64,000 nucleotides of DNA from NCBI GenBank assembly GCA_010909165.1, contig MU008159.1:2418001-2482000 (forward strand), read 5' to 3'. Shown in pieces: positions 46,718 to 59,819 of this stretch; position 1 is the stretch's first letter; each line of letters opens with the position of its first letter. Made by a program: the position numbers and the translations under genes. This DNA is from Anthoceros angustus (lineage: Eukaryota > Plantae > Anthocerotophyta). The notes under the pieces were generated by a model, which was not told where the DNA came from, did no database searches, and was given only the letters and a program-made list of their open reading frames with translations.

Positions 46718-47312
46718 TGCTGTTACACAATAAGCATAAATTAGGTAATCAAAACACCCTCTTCGTCCGGGTCCCCCTCCATCCCCACCCATTTATACGA
46801 ACGCCGTGATTAAGCATCCTGAGCTTAGATCGGTACTTAGATGGGGTGCCTAAAGGGAGTGGATGCCCTTGGTGAAGTAGCTTAGGCACACCATGGTACA
46901 AGTTGTTAAGTACCAAGTCCCATGACAGAAATCCGTCCTTAGTGGACTTAAATAAAATTCTTCTTCTGCTTCTCATTCTACTACTCCGGTTTTGATGAGT
47001 TAGGTACGCTTGTCTTCTTTGTTTTACATTGGCATCTACAGGCGATGCATGGGACTCTCAGAACATTGAATTGGACTTTATGTCTGTACTAAGGTATTGT
47101 AGGCAAGTTGTGTTTACACTAAGTGCGCCTTCCTTCATCGAATGAGTCTTGCTATTTGCTCGTGCTACTTCCAACCATAGGTTTGTATTCAGATGCCTAG
47201 AGCTAACTCGTTTGCCAAAAGAACTTCAATTTCAAGCACTCCAGGGATCCTTTCGCCTACCTAAAGGAGTAAGAAGTACTTGAAATAAATACTAGTACTT
47301 ATGAATGAAAGA

Positions 47313-47620
47313 ATGTATTGATGGCCACAAAGTTAAGCAAGGGCGCCCGAGTCAGCAGTTGCATGGGGCTCTGGCCATCTTTGCATGGTACACCAATGGA
47401 GAAATGTAGTGATGGCCACAAAGTTAAGCGAGGGGAGTCAGATCGGCAGTCAGAAATGTAGTGATGGCCACAAAGTTGCGAGGAGTCGGATCGGCGATAA
47501 ATGTAGTGATGGCCACAAAGTTAAGCGAGGGGAGTCAGATCGGCAGTCAGAAATGTAGTGATGGCCACAAAGTTAAGCGAGGGGAGTCAGATCGGCAGTC
47601 AGATGGGGAATTGGCCATCT
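47313..47620. repeat. ~52-bp minisatellite, about 5 units
   Basis: Unit AAATGTAGTGATGGCCACAAAGTTAAGCGAGGGGAGTCAGATCGGCAGTCAG at ~47402, 47454, 47498 and 47551, with a diverged unit at 47313. Confidence 0.9.
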
Positions 47621-48466
47621 CTTGATTTTGCTTTTACTATTAAATTTTATTGTATATGTGAGACATGCGCTTCTTGTAAAACCCCATGCATTTGCATAAG
47701 TCCACTATGAGTTAATAACGTAGTGTGCTATGAAGGCCAAGTGCAGTGCATTATGCTTTATGAAGGCTCCAAGCATATTACCATCCCGGGTCCTCTTCAA
47801 ATCTATGCAAATAATTGAAGCCCGAATCGGACCTTAATTATTTGAGCTCGAGTCTATGATTCAAGCCTCAATTACTGGATCTCGAGTCTGTACTTTAACA
47901 ATACCAGATTCTGTTGTAAACATATGTAGGTACACCCATATCCAAATATTAATGTGTAATCCTCTTTGAACCATCATGCGAGCAAAAGGGTGGGGGCATG
48001 ACGGTGGAATGTGCACGAGACATTGGGAATGGCGAGGATTGGTTTTTCCTTCAATTTATGCTCAGGAGCTATATAAATGCTACTCGGCTGCTGTTAGTGG
48101 ATGATGATCACTTCATAATGAAATATGTGTCACAACATTACATGCTATATCAACTAATCACACAAGGAGGCGGTTGTCCTATAATCGAGGGAAAGATTTA
48201 TGAAGGACAAGATGAAATTGCAAATGAAAAACTTGTAAGAGAACTAGCACAATGTGCTATCAGGAATGATTAGAAGTAGTTAACGCGTAAATTAAATTTT
48301 AGGGAGCGTCTAGTGGAAGGGGCTAGTGGCCGAGAACAACAAAATTATATGCGAGCGTAACCATGACTCTCAAGGTCTTAAGTGTAGGGCTAATATGAAA
48401 CCACAAAAGCTCTTCAAAACATCAAGAGTCGGTTTTTGGTAGTGCAAGAAATATAGGGCTAAAGTC

Positions 48467-49700
48467 TCAAATTGAAATTGTTTGTGCACAATGCCTAGTT
48501 TTGATTTGGTATATTCTAGCAGTGTTTAGGGGTTTTTTGGCTTCTGCTTTCTTTCTTAGGTCTTTCTTCATGCCGTCTTTGAAAGTGGCTTTGGAGATTT
48601 TGTTGATTTGTTGCCTCAATATCAATGAGTTGGCCATTATAGAAGAACTGCAAATTGTGATCAACTGAATCCTTCCTGTTAAAAAACATTATCTTGGTCT
48701 TCTTCAATTTCATCTCGCAGAAGTGGGACAATACATCAAGTTGTCGTTGAAGGCCCTCGGGAGAGAGAGATAAAAGCATAATGTCATATGCATACACAAG
48801 TATAGCGATATATACCAAGGAGAGAAGGCAACCAGGATCACCAGCCTCTGCAATCCAGGATTCCAGCTCATCAATATACACGCCAAATAAGTTAGAAGAA
48901 AATGGATCTCCCTGTTTGCTCTTAGCTTCCTCAATAATAGCAATGAGAGTGAAAAGATTATCGTGAGCATTCCGCTCCGAACAAAACCCAGCCCTGGCCC
49001 CTTGCCTTGATACCAGCAGTCTCAGCCCAAGAAGTGGTGAGTATTTCCAAGCAGGAGCTAAAGAGTTTTGCAAAGATGGACTCAATCATGATATACGATA
49101 GTTCGACAGGTGTTGGGGTCTCGAGTCTTGAAGATGGAATGGATGTCATTTGCACACCACTCCTCAGGAAAGCCATGGATCAATGCCTCATCAGACAAAG
49201 TAGGTACAAGAGGAGCAATAATTGTAGGAGTTGCATAAGAGAAGAGTTCTCTTGGGATACTTGCAGGGTCAGATGATCTACCAAATCTGAGGTTGTTGAT
49301 GGCGAAGATGATGAGCTCAGGGGTGAACATCTTGATCACGGGATCCTGCGACCCAAGAGGAGAAGGAACAGATTCCCAGAAGAAAAGAGTTTGCACATAG
49401 TTGATAAGCTAGTTGATAAGCTCAAGAGATGTCTGCAAGAGGATGGTGTGAGAGTGAAATTCCCTTCAAAATGCAGCACCACTAGGAGAAGCCTCATCAA
49501 GCGATCGCATTGGAAAGAAAGAAAAGCAAACTTCTTGGTAGCAATAAGGGCTTTGTAAGGCTTGACAACCTCCTTGTATAATGGATTATGATGAGACTTG
49601 GGTGGGACAAAAAGGGCACGGAGATCTACCAGTGAGTGAGGAAACGAAGGTGTTTGCATTCATCATCAAACCAGGGATGACAAGTAGCAATGTTGGAGAG
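48467..49700 (-). mobile_element. Degenerate LINE ORF2 reverse transcriptase (RTE/RTEX/L2-like)
   Basis: GFPEEWCANDIHSIFKTRDP, AGF...HDNLFTLIAIIEE, QGDPFSSNLFGVYIDEL, LVYAYDIMLLS--PEGLQRQLD, KKTKIMFF; frameshifted and internally deleted. Part of it is repeated at 50568-51200. Confidence 0.85.
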
Positions 49701-52700
49701 TTTTGTTACAGTCTTGTTGCAATTTTGTTGCAGTGTAGTGAGAGGTGGTATCTGCCCCTTTCAAAATTTCAACATATTTGCAACAACCAAAGTGTTACAT
49801 CCTCTTTTGTTACAGTTTTGCAGGCTTGACACCGATCCTCCTCCCCATGTAGGTTTACCATTATTGCTTATATTCCTGTGTTTTTCCCTTGCCATTATTG
49901 TTATGCGTGTACCAGACTATACGTATATAATATGCCTTGGCTTGCAGGTACGTATTTTCCGATATCATTATTGAAATACATATACGCTGCCTTTTCAAAA
50001 AAGTATACGTACATGTGGTTTCCGTGTTGTGCACTTTGTTTTGTCTGATGCGGCTGCGTATTATATGCGCTTTTGTTTCCACCCTATTCGCTGTAGTGCC
50101 TTTTTCGTCACTCGTATTTCGTGCCCTTGTAGGCGTCCCCCATATAATGTACTTGTTTTGGAAACCCTTACAGTCCAAAAAGACAACAGAAGACGTTGTT
50201 TCGTGCACCCTATAGATAAGATGCCGGTTCTGCATCCGCATCCACATCCAAGATTGACCGTCCTCCCTCCGCGCGTGGGATGAATGAATCGGCATCCACA
50301 TCCGCGGAGTACCGTGCTCCCTCATCGCGCGGGAGGAATGAACCGGCATCCACATCCGCGACCTACCGTGCTCCCTCCTCGCGTGGGAGGTGTGAATTTG
50401 GGGTTGTGGTGGGCATTTTGTCCCGCCTGCTCGTTCGAGCATGCCTACTCCTCGTCGTATCACGGCTGAAAGCATCCACCTCCCACACGGCTAGCGATTT
50501 TGCCCTTTCCCTTCCTCAACCGGTCTGCTGCCTTTTTCTTCCGTCTCCTGATTCCACCTATTTCCGGATTTTGCAAAGATGGACTCAATCATGATATACG
50601 ATAGTTCGACGGTGTTGGGGTCTCGAGTCTTGAAGATGGAATGGATGTCATTTGCACACCACTCCTCGTGAAAGCCATGGATCAATGCCTCATCGACAAG
50701 TAGGTACAAGAGGAGCAATAATTGTAGGAGTTGCATAAGAAGAGTTCTCTTGGGATACTTGCGAGTCGGATGATCTACCAACCGAGGTTGTTGATGGCGA
50801 AGATGATGAGCTCAGGGGTGAACATCTTGATCACGGGATCCTGCGACCCAAGAGGAGAAGGAACAGATTCCCAGAAGAAAAGAGTTTGCACATAGTTGAT
50901 AAGCTAGTTGATAAGCTCAAGAGATGTCAAGAGGATGGTGTGAGTGAAATTCCCTTCAAAATGCAAAGCACCACTAGAGAAGCCTCATCAAGCGATCGCA
51001 TTGGAAAGAAAAGCAAACTTCTTGGTAGCAATAAGGGCTTTGTAAGGCTTGACAACCTCCTTGTATAATGGATTATGATGAGACTTGGGTGGGACAAAAG
51101 GGCACGGAGATCTACCAAGGTGAGTGAGGAAACGAAGGTGTTTGCATTCATCATCAAACCAGGGGATGACAAGTAGCAATGTTGGAGAGTTTTGTTACTG
51201 ATCTTGTTGCAATTTTGTTGCGATGTAGTGAGAGGTGGTATCGCCTTTTCAAAATTTCAACATATTTGCAACAACCAAAGTGTTACATCCTCTTTTGTTC
51301 TGATTTTGCGGGCTTGACACGATCCTCCTCCCCATGTAGGTTTACCATTATTGCTTATATTCCTGTGTTTTTCCCTTGCCATTATTGTTATGCGTGTACC
51401 AGACTATACGTATATAATATGCCTTGGCTTGCAGGTACGTATTTTCCGATATCATTATTGAAATACATATACGCTGCCTTTTCAAAAAAAGTATACGTAC
51501 ATGTGGTTTCCGTATTTGTGCACTTTGTTTTGCAATACGGTGCGGCCTGCGTATTATATGCGCTTTTGTTTCCACCCTATTCGCTGTAGTGCCTTTTTCG
51601 TCACTCGTATTTCGTGCCCTTGTAGGCGTCCCCCATATAATGTACTTGTTTTGGAAACCCTTACAGTCCAAAAAGACAACAGAAGACGTTGTTTCGTGCA
51701 CCCTATAGATAAGATGCGGTTCTCGCATCCACATCCAAGATTGACCGTCCTCCTCGCGTGGGATGAATGAATCGGCATCCACATCCGCGAGTACCGTGCT
51801 CCCTCATCGCGGGAGGAATGAACCGCATCCACATCCGCGACCTACCGTGCTCCCTCCTCGCGCGGGAGGTGTGAATTTGGGGTTGTGGTGGGCATTTTCT
51901 GTTGCCCCGCCCGTTCTCGTTTCAGAGCATGCCTACTCCTCGTCGTATGCAGCAGCTGGAAACGTCCACCTCCCACACGGCTAGCGATTTTGCCCTTCCC
52001 CTTCCTCAACCGGTCTGCTGCCTTTTTCCTTCCGTGCTGCAGCTCTGTGATTCCACCTATTTCCTGGGATTTCTGCAAGAACAGATGACCACATGCCATT
52101 CCCATGGCCCTTGGCCTGTAAGTATATACAGCTGGCCAGCAGTGCACTTGCAATTTCTAGGCTTACCTTCGCGGCCTTCTCTTTGTTTTGTTGCCGCCCA
52201 CTTCCTGCCTCCAGTTGCGTGCTTGTCACCGTCCCTTGGGCAGCCACAGCCCTCGATCGTGTTACTCTTACTTCCCCATCCGCCTTGCCAGGCATTCCTC
52301 TTCCTTTCCTCTTCCGGCCACCTCCCTCCTCCATAACTTGCGTCACCTTTTCTGGAGCCCCACTGTACAGGTCCATGCTCTCGGCCTCTGAGTCGGCCAG
52401 GTATGTGTCTGGTACAAAGTTCGGCACGGGCTCGTTCACATCTTCCTCCTCTTCTGCCACCTCCCTGTTCTCTTCCTCCTCGTCACCATGTCGTGACGCC
52501 GTCAGTCTGTCCATTGGAGGCTACTGGAATCCCCGTGACAGATGTCTCATTTCTCTCTCTCGCCTCCATTCCCTAGCTGCCCCCAATGAGGGCAACGTTT
52601 TTTTTGCACCATTGGGCACACATGTCGTCACCCCACGGTCCCCCCCTACTGCCCTCCATTGTTCCTCCTGCCCATCCTGCGCCTCCATTGTTCCTCCTGC

Positions 52701-54370
52701 CCATCCTGTTGCGCCCCTACCAGCCTTGATGTCCGCTGTATAATGCCATTCCCTGCATGTGTACCTGGCCCCATGTACAACTCACTTACCGCTAACGCCG
52801 CTCTCCCTACCATGTTCTTCGTTGCCCCCGTTTTTCTCGAGCCACCCACGGCCACCATGTCCCCCCCTCTACGATCATGACCACTGTTGTGTTCTGCCAC
52901 AACCACGGCCGTTCGTGGTGTCGCTGGGACCACCACCTCATCGCCCTCGCCATAGTCGACAATGTCAGTCGCCTTGCCCCTGGCTGCCATCACACCGCCA
53001 TGCGCTTTTGTTTCCACCTATGTGAGTGCCTTTTCACTCGTATTTCGTGCCCTTGTAGGCGTCCCCATATAATGTACTTGTTTTGGAAACCCCATAAATT
53101 CAAAAGACAACAAGACGTTGTTTCGTGCACCCTATAGATAAGATGCTGCTCGCATCCGCATCCACATCCAAGATTGACCGCCTCCTCCGCGTGGGATGAA
53201 TGAACCGGCATCCACATCCGCGGAGTACCGTGCTCCCTCATCGCGGGAGGAATGAACCGGCATCCACATCCGCGACCTACCGTGCTCCCTCCTTGCGCGG
53301 GAGGTGTGAATTTGGGGTTGTGGTGGGCATTTTCTGTTGTCCCGCCCGTTCTCGTTTCAGAGCATGCCTACTCCTCGTCGTATGCAGCAGCTGGAAACTG
53401 TCCACCTCCCACACGGCTAGCGATTTTGCCCTTTCCCTTCCTCAACCGGTCTGCCTTTTTCTTCCGTGCTGCAGCTCTGTGATTCCACCTATTTCCTGGG
53501 ATTTCTGCAAGAACAGATGACCACATGCCATTCCCATGGCCCTTGGCCTGTAAGTATGTACAGCTGGCCAGCAGTGCACTTGCAATTTCCAGGCTTACCT
53601 TCGCGGCCTTCTCTTTGTTTTGTTTCCGCCCACTTCCTGCCTCCAGTTGTGTGCTTGTCACCGTCCCTTGGGCTGCCACAGCCCTCGATCGTGTTACTCT
53701 TCCTTCCCCATCCGCCTTGCCAGGCATTCCTCTTCCTTTCCTCTTCCGGCCTCCTCCCTCCTCCATAACTTGCGTCACCTTTTCCGAGCCCATGCAGTCC
53801 ATGCTCTCGGCCTCTGAGTCGGCCAGGTATGTGTCTGGTACAAAGTTCGGCACGGGCTCGTTCACATCTTCCTCCTCTTCTGCCACCTCCTCTTCTCTTC
53901 CTCCTCGTCACCATGTCGTGACGCTGGCCCCGTCCATTGGAGGCTCGGAATCCCGTGATGATGTCTCATTTCTCTCTCGCCTCCATTCCACAGCTGCCCC
54001 AATGAGGGCAACGTTTTTGCACCATTGGGCACACATGTCGTCACCCACGGCCACCATGTCCCCCTCACGCCTCCATTGTTCCTCCTGCCCATCCTGGTGC
54101 GCCCTACCTTGATGTCCTGATAATGCCATTCCCTGCATGTGTACCTGGCCCCATGTACAACTCACTTACCGCTAACGCCGCTCTCCCTACCATGTTCTTC
54201 GTTGCCCCCGTTTTTCTCGAGCCACCCACGGCCACCATGTCCCCCCCTCTACGATCATGACCACTGCTGTGTTCTGCCACAACCACGGCCGTCAGGTGTC
54301 GCTGACCACCACCTCATCGCCCTCGCCATAGTCGACAATGTCAGTCGCCTTGCCCCTGGCCGCCATCACA
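49066..54370. repeat. Two overlapping ~1.5-kb tandem duplications
   Basis: 49066-50567 is repeated at 50568-~52080; ~51560-53000 is repeated at ~53000-54370. Both contain a ~55-bp internal repeat (GCATCCACATCC...GCGTGGGA). Confidence 0.9.
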
Positions 54371-55298
54371 CCGCTGCGCTTTGCCCCACCGTGTTAGCAT
54401 TTCCTTCTCTCGCCGGTCGCACCCCTGTTTTGTTTGTTCTCTCATTTTGTGCTCCATGGCCTTCCACCTGCCTTGACGTCCTGTCCTCCCATGGTCGATC
54501 GTTCATCTCGTGACGTCCCTGTCCATGTCGGGTTCCACTTCTGCCTTGTTGTCCCGTGCTATTCGTCCTTCCTGCCTGCACATTCGTCCGCATTTTTCCT
54601 CCACCACATGCTAGTGGCTCCCCTTCTGCGACTCGAATGCCTGCCCGCCTCACATCTATCGCCCTACTGTCCGTTTCGAAGGATTCACCCATTCCCACTA
54701 TCCTCCTCCATGGGAAGGCCACGAGATCAGGATCCTCCTCCAACTCTATATCATTCAGCAACGCAGTCCTTTCCCGCGTTCTCCTGGCAATTGCCTGCAT
54801 CTCGTGGGTTCGTCCATACTTTGCCTCCCTCACACGTCTGAGGAACTCCGGCACCGAATCCTCCCTGTCGCGGACTGCCCATAGCCCTTCCATGTTTGTC
54901 GTTCCTTCTAACATTCCATACTCTGCCTCGTCATCTGCAGGATACATGCCATACCGTTTGTGAAAATGCAACACCCAGCCTGTCCGGCCTCCCTTTCCCC
55001 ATGGGTTTGGACCCATACCGCCATTTTTGGCTAGTCTCTCCTTGGCTGCAATTTCGTGCTTGGAGGGCTGAAAACAGCCGTTCCTTTTCAGCTCGTGTCG
55101 AGCCCATGCTAAGGCATCTTCCCACTCTTCCTCGTCCACCATGGAAGGTTTCCTATTCGGAGGAAGATCCCCCTTTTCCCTCTCTTCCAGCGCAACGGCC
55201 TTCGCAGCATCCACACATCTAGCATTGCGTGTCCGCGTCATTTGAGAGAAATGACTACCTATGCACTTCACCAATAAATCTGGAAAGGCTTCCACCAC
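54366..55298 (-). pseudogene. Transposon-associated ORF, possibly CACTA (En/Spm) TnpA/Transposase_24-like; continues into low-complexity acidic ORFs at 52000-54300
   Basis: 310-codon open frame with KPSMVDEEEWE...KERLAKNGG..NPWGKGG, reminiscent of Ptta/En-Spm ORF2; located among other DNA-transposon fragments. Confidence 0.4.
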
Positions 55299-55389
55299 AC
55301 ACTTTATTAACCGGGCCTTCTTTACTTTCGAAACGTCCCTCCACCTTGTCAGGTGGCCCAGAGGGCACTTTAGCGACTAGAAGAGGTGA

Positions 55390-55862
55390 CCAGGTGGCAA
55401 GCACCACCACATGTGGCCAACAATACCACATGTGGCCACCAGGACCACTGGTGGCCAACATTACCACATGTGGCCACCAGCACCACTGGTGGCTAGCAAC
55501 CCGGGAGGTGGCCACCAGCACCACTGGTGGCCAGCAACCCGGGAGGTGGCCACCAGCACCACTGGTGGCCAGCAACCCGGGAGGTGGCACCAAGACCACC
55601 GTGGCCGAACCGGGAGGTGGCCACAGACCACCGGTGGCAAGAATCGGGAGGTGGCCACCACCACCGGTGGCCAAGAACGGAGGTGGCCACCACCAGTGGC
55701 CAGAACGGAGGTGGCCACCAGCACCACTGGTGGCCAGCAACCCGGGAGGTGGCCACCAGCACCACTGGTGGCTAGCAACCCGGGAGGTGGCCAGCAACCC
55801 GGGAGGTGGCCAGCAACCCGGGAGGTGGCCACCAGCACCACTGGTGGCCAGCAACCCGGGAA
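55390..55862. repeat. GC-rich minisatellite (~39-bp unit) with internal palindromes
   Basis: CCAGCAACCCGGGAGGTGGCCACCAGCACCACTGGTGG and variants, more than 10 units; CCACCAG...CTGGTGG is self-complementary. Confidence 0.92.
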
Positions 55863-56094
55863 GTACACAGCTGGAACACAAACAGGTGGAACACAAACAT
55901 AGGAGTGGCCAATCGTCAGCCAGTATCTCGCGAAACAGCCTGCATAAATAGTTCACTAAAATCTCACCACATTCAACAAGGAAGGGAAGACATCAACATC
56001 CACCAGGTACAATAGGCCACGGTCAATCCCATCTCCCAAATGAACCAGATGGCTGCATTTTAATGATACAAATGCCCAAGTATGCGCTAAAACT

Positions 56095-56700
56095 TCATCT
56101 GCACCATAGATGTCGGTGCACACGCACCTGCGACATGTCCAGAAAGTGGGTAATGTGCTTGATGAAAGTTTTTGGTGCTATCCGCTGACGCTTCGTGTCC
56201 TTCGTGTTCGACGATGGACGAGAAGCTAATTCCCAGAACTGGACTATGGTGGCTTTGACATGCGGCGAAAGAATGTCAGATCTTGGTTTCCTCTCGGCAC
56301 CCAACCAAGTTTTCTCACTTGGAACATGCGCTTCCTGCCTTGTGCCCAGGGCTCGATGGATCTGCCTCCTACTCACACCAATGTGCCGTGAAAGCGTTGA
56401 AACCAGGTGGTTGCATTGGATATCCTCTGACAAGATGATGTTAAATAGGGTGTTCCTCGCTCGCAGATGGTTGCCAACTTGAACTGCCTTCATGCTTGTG
56501 CAAGCCTCACGCACATTCTTCAACAACAATGCTCCCAACTGGTGCTCTTTTGCATTCTTTGCAGCTGCTGGCCTGTACATCTTCAGCAATGGAACACAGC
56601 TGAACATCTCCAGAATGTCTTTCCGGCACTGGCCTGTATATGAACTTGTAAGGTCAAGAAATTGGTGGGCTAAGTTGCAGCCACATCACTTCGGCCGCGA
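56095..56700 (-). pseudogene. N-terminal fragment of a DNA-transposon protein (Sola/Chapaev-like, tentative)
   Basis: HTH-like LSRHIGVSRRQIHRAL, then RKPRSDILS--VKATIVQFW---SRPSSNTKDTKRQRIAPK---H--HFL--SQ. A paralogous fragment lies at 62258-62623. Confidence 0.45.
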
Positions 56701-56749
56701 GCATTCCGAACACCCATTTGCGCCAAGAGCTCACTGACGCTCTCGATGC

Positions 56750-59745
56750 CTCACACGGCCGGTTGATGTCTTCACACCGCATTTTGTGGCATGACCGAGC
56801 GGAAGGTACACCTACCTCTATTCATTTTCTGCATGAGGCTCCTCCACTAATCTCTACTGTGGCATTTGCGGATGGATTGCTACTCTCCTCCCTTGGGACT
56901 CAGAGAACTTGCTTGGCTTCTTACATTTTGTAGGGCAAGTGCTTGCCGTTCTCGTGGCGCTTTGTTGCAACGACTCCGGGATGATGGTGACCGAGCCATA
57001 TGAACCTTCAAAACCATCAAACCTCCACATACGGTAACAAGGTCGTCGCCCCAAATAAAGAGCAGAAAAGAACAACCCTTTACGGCACTCAGATCGATTA
57101 ATGGAAGCACCGGGCTCCCAACACGCTAGCGACATGCAGCCCACGTCCTGGAATCCTCCTGCGCTCTCAATTGACCTCACCACTGCGCCTGCACAAAAAG
57201 CAACCACACCATCATTTGACAACGGTAGCTGCAGCCAGTAGGACCAGCCAGTTGGCGGAAGCATTAGCGGCGGCAATGGAAGGCACTATGCAAACCCTCA
57301 CTTTGCGCTCTATCCTCGAGAAAAGAAGCCCTTGAATGCGGTGCCTATCTCATATGCCTCGAATGCCGATTTACTGGATGTTGGGCTCCTCACTTTCGTG
57401 GCATCCACGAACCAAGTGCGCTTCCTCAAGGCGGTGTGCAAGAATTTGGATCATTGAATTAAACAATGTTGACCCCGTTACCCATGTTAAAAGTCCAAAA
57501 AAACTGTTTTGAACTTGAGCGCGGGCAAGCCGGTTCCCCTAGTTCGTAAATCCAACGTGACAAATGGTTGCTTAGTGAGACAATGCTCGTCCCCAAAAGT
57601 CACCAAATTCATAACTTAATTTCTTAATATTTTAATGATTATTTTAACTCAAAATTTAACCTTAGATGAAAGTAATCTATTTCACACCGTAAAAAATCAT
57701 GTAGTATGGACAAGAAATAAATTATGTAAAATTATTAACGCAATGTGATGACAAAATAACAACGTTTTAGTCATTTCTCACTAATGTGTGCACCAAACCG
57801 TGCTTCCACCCTGTACCACATGGAGGTGATGCACCCATTTCTAGATATGTACGAGGAAGAGGTGAGGAGGTATGGTGCACGTGGAGAATGGCGAACTTTC
57901 AAGGTTTGGCTGCATGTAGGCAGGTCTGGCAACGCATGGGAGAATCACCCGGCTATGACAGATGAAGTGCGCGCTATCATGGACGGCCCACGAATGGAAG
58001 CAGTAGCTTATCGACATATGTGGAACAAAGGCAGCCACCTTAGAACGATAGAGGCAGATAGATGGCGCCGGAGCACGAAGGATAGTGCGGTTTTCGCAAA
58101 ATTTATCATGAGCGGGGCGATAGACAAAGGTTGTGAAGCCCGCTCGTGTCTCGCCGACCGCAAAAACCACGTTAAAGCTAGAATTGGAGTGCATTTGCTG
58201 GCCATTGATGCGAGAGAACCCACGGCCACCATGGTGCGGAGTAGCGCGGGCTTGATGTCTTCACACACATTTTGTGGCATGACCGAGCCAAGGTACACCT
58301 ACCTCTATTCATTTTCTGCATGAGGCTCCTCCACTAATCTCTACTCGTGTGGCATTTGCAGATGGATTGCTACTCCTCCCTTGGGACTCCAGAGAACTTG
58401 CTTGACAGCTTCTTGTTTGTAGGGCAAGTGCTTGCCGTTCTCACGACGCTGCTTATTCGGCCCAACGACTACTGGGATGATGGTGACCGAGCCATATGAA
58501 CCTTCAAAACCATCAAACCTCCACATACGGTAACAAGGTCAGTCGCCCCAAATAAAGAGCAGAAAAGAACAACCACAAGATACAGATGTTAAAGCACCGG
58601 GCTCCCAACACGCTAGCGACATGCAGCCCACGTCCTGGAATCCTCCTGCGCTCTCAATTGACCTCACCACCGCAACGCCTGCACAAAAAGCAACCACACC
58701 ATCATTTGACAACCATACAGGCTGCAGCCAAGGAGTAGGACCAGCCAGGCGCGAAGCATTAGCGGCGGCAATGGAAGGCACTATGCAAACCCTCACTTTG
58801 CGCTCTATCCTCGAGAGAAAAGAAGCCCTTGAATGCGGTGCCTATCTCATATGCCTCGAATGCCGATTTCGCTGGATGTTGGGCTCCTCACTTTCGTGGC
58901 ATCACGAACCAAGTGCGCTTCCTCAAGGCAGGCGGTGTGCCGCAAGAATTTGGATCATTGAATTAAACAATGTTGACCCCGTTACCCATGTTAAAAGTCC
59001 AAAAAAACTGTTTTGAACTTGAGCGCGGGCAAGCCGGTTCCCCTGGTTCGTAAATCCAACGTGACAAATGGTTGCTTAGTGAGACAATGCTCGTCCCCAA
59101 AAGTCACCAAATTCATAACTTAATTTCTTAATATTTTAATGATTATTTTAACTCCAAAATTTAACCTTAGATGAAAGTAATCTATTTCTGTCACCTGTAA
59201 AAAAATCATGTAGTATGGACAAGAAATAAATTATGTAAAATTATTAACGCAATGTGATGACAAAATAACAACGTTTTAGTCATTTCTCACTAATGTGTGC
59301 ACCAAACCGTGCTTCCACCCTGTACCACATGGAGGTGATGCACCCATTTCTAGATATGTACGAGGAAGAGGTGAGGAGGTATGGTGCACGTGGAGAATGG
59401 CGAACTTTCAAGGTTTGGCGCATGTAGGCGGTCCGGCAACGCATGGGAGAATCACCCAATGGCGATGTATGAAGTGCGCGCTATCATGGACGGCCACGAA
59501 TGGAAGCGTAGCTTATCGACATATGTGGAACAAAGGCAGCCACCTTAGAACGATAGAGGCAGATAGATGGCGCCGGAGCACGAAGGATAGTGCGGTTTTC
59601 GCAAAATTTATCATGAGCGGGACAGGGGCAGACAAAGGTTGTGAAGCCCGCTCGTGTCTCGCCGACCTGCAAAAAAACCACGTTAAAGCTAGAATTGGAG
59701 TGCATTTGCTGGCCATTGATGCGAGAGAACCCACGGCCACCGCGG
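56750..59745. repeat. ~1.5-kb tandem duplication
   Basis: 56750-58230 is repeated at ~58245-59745. Confidence 0.9.
57784..58115 (+). pseudogene. CACTA TnpD C-terminal (DUF4216-proximal) fragment; second copy at 59293-59620
   Basis: EVRAIMDGPRMEAVAYRHMWNKGSHLRTIEADRWRRSTKDSAV matches the En/Spm pattern LA-GP----Y-----G--F-T---D--R-TQ(N/D)SGV. Confidence 0.6.
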
Positions 59746-59819
59746 TGCTGGCGGTGGGCGCAGATTAAAGGAATTCTTGAAATGTGTGCGGAATACGAGC
59801 TGCGAGCTCGCGACCTGAT

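Noticed and set aside
47313-47620. CRISPR-like array
   Set aside because: The intervening sequences are repeated rather than unique spacers, there are no cas genes, and the context is eukaryotic.
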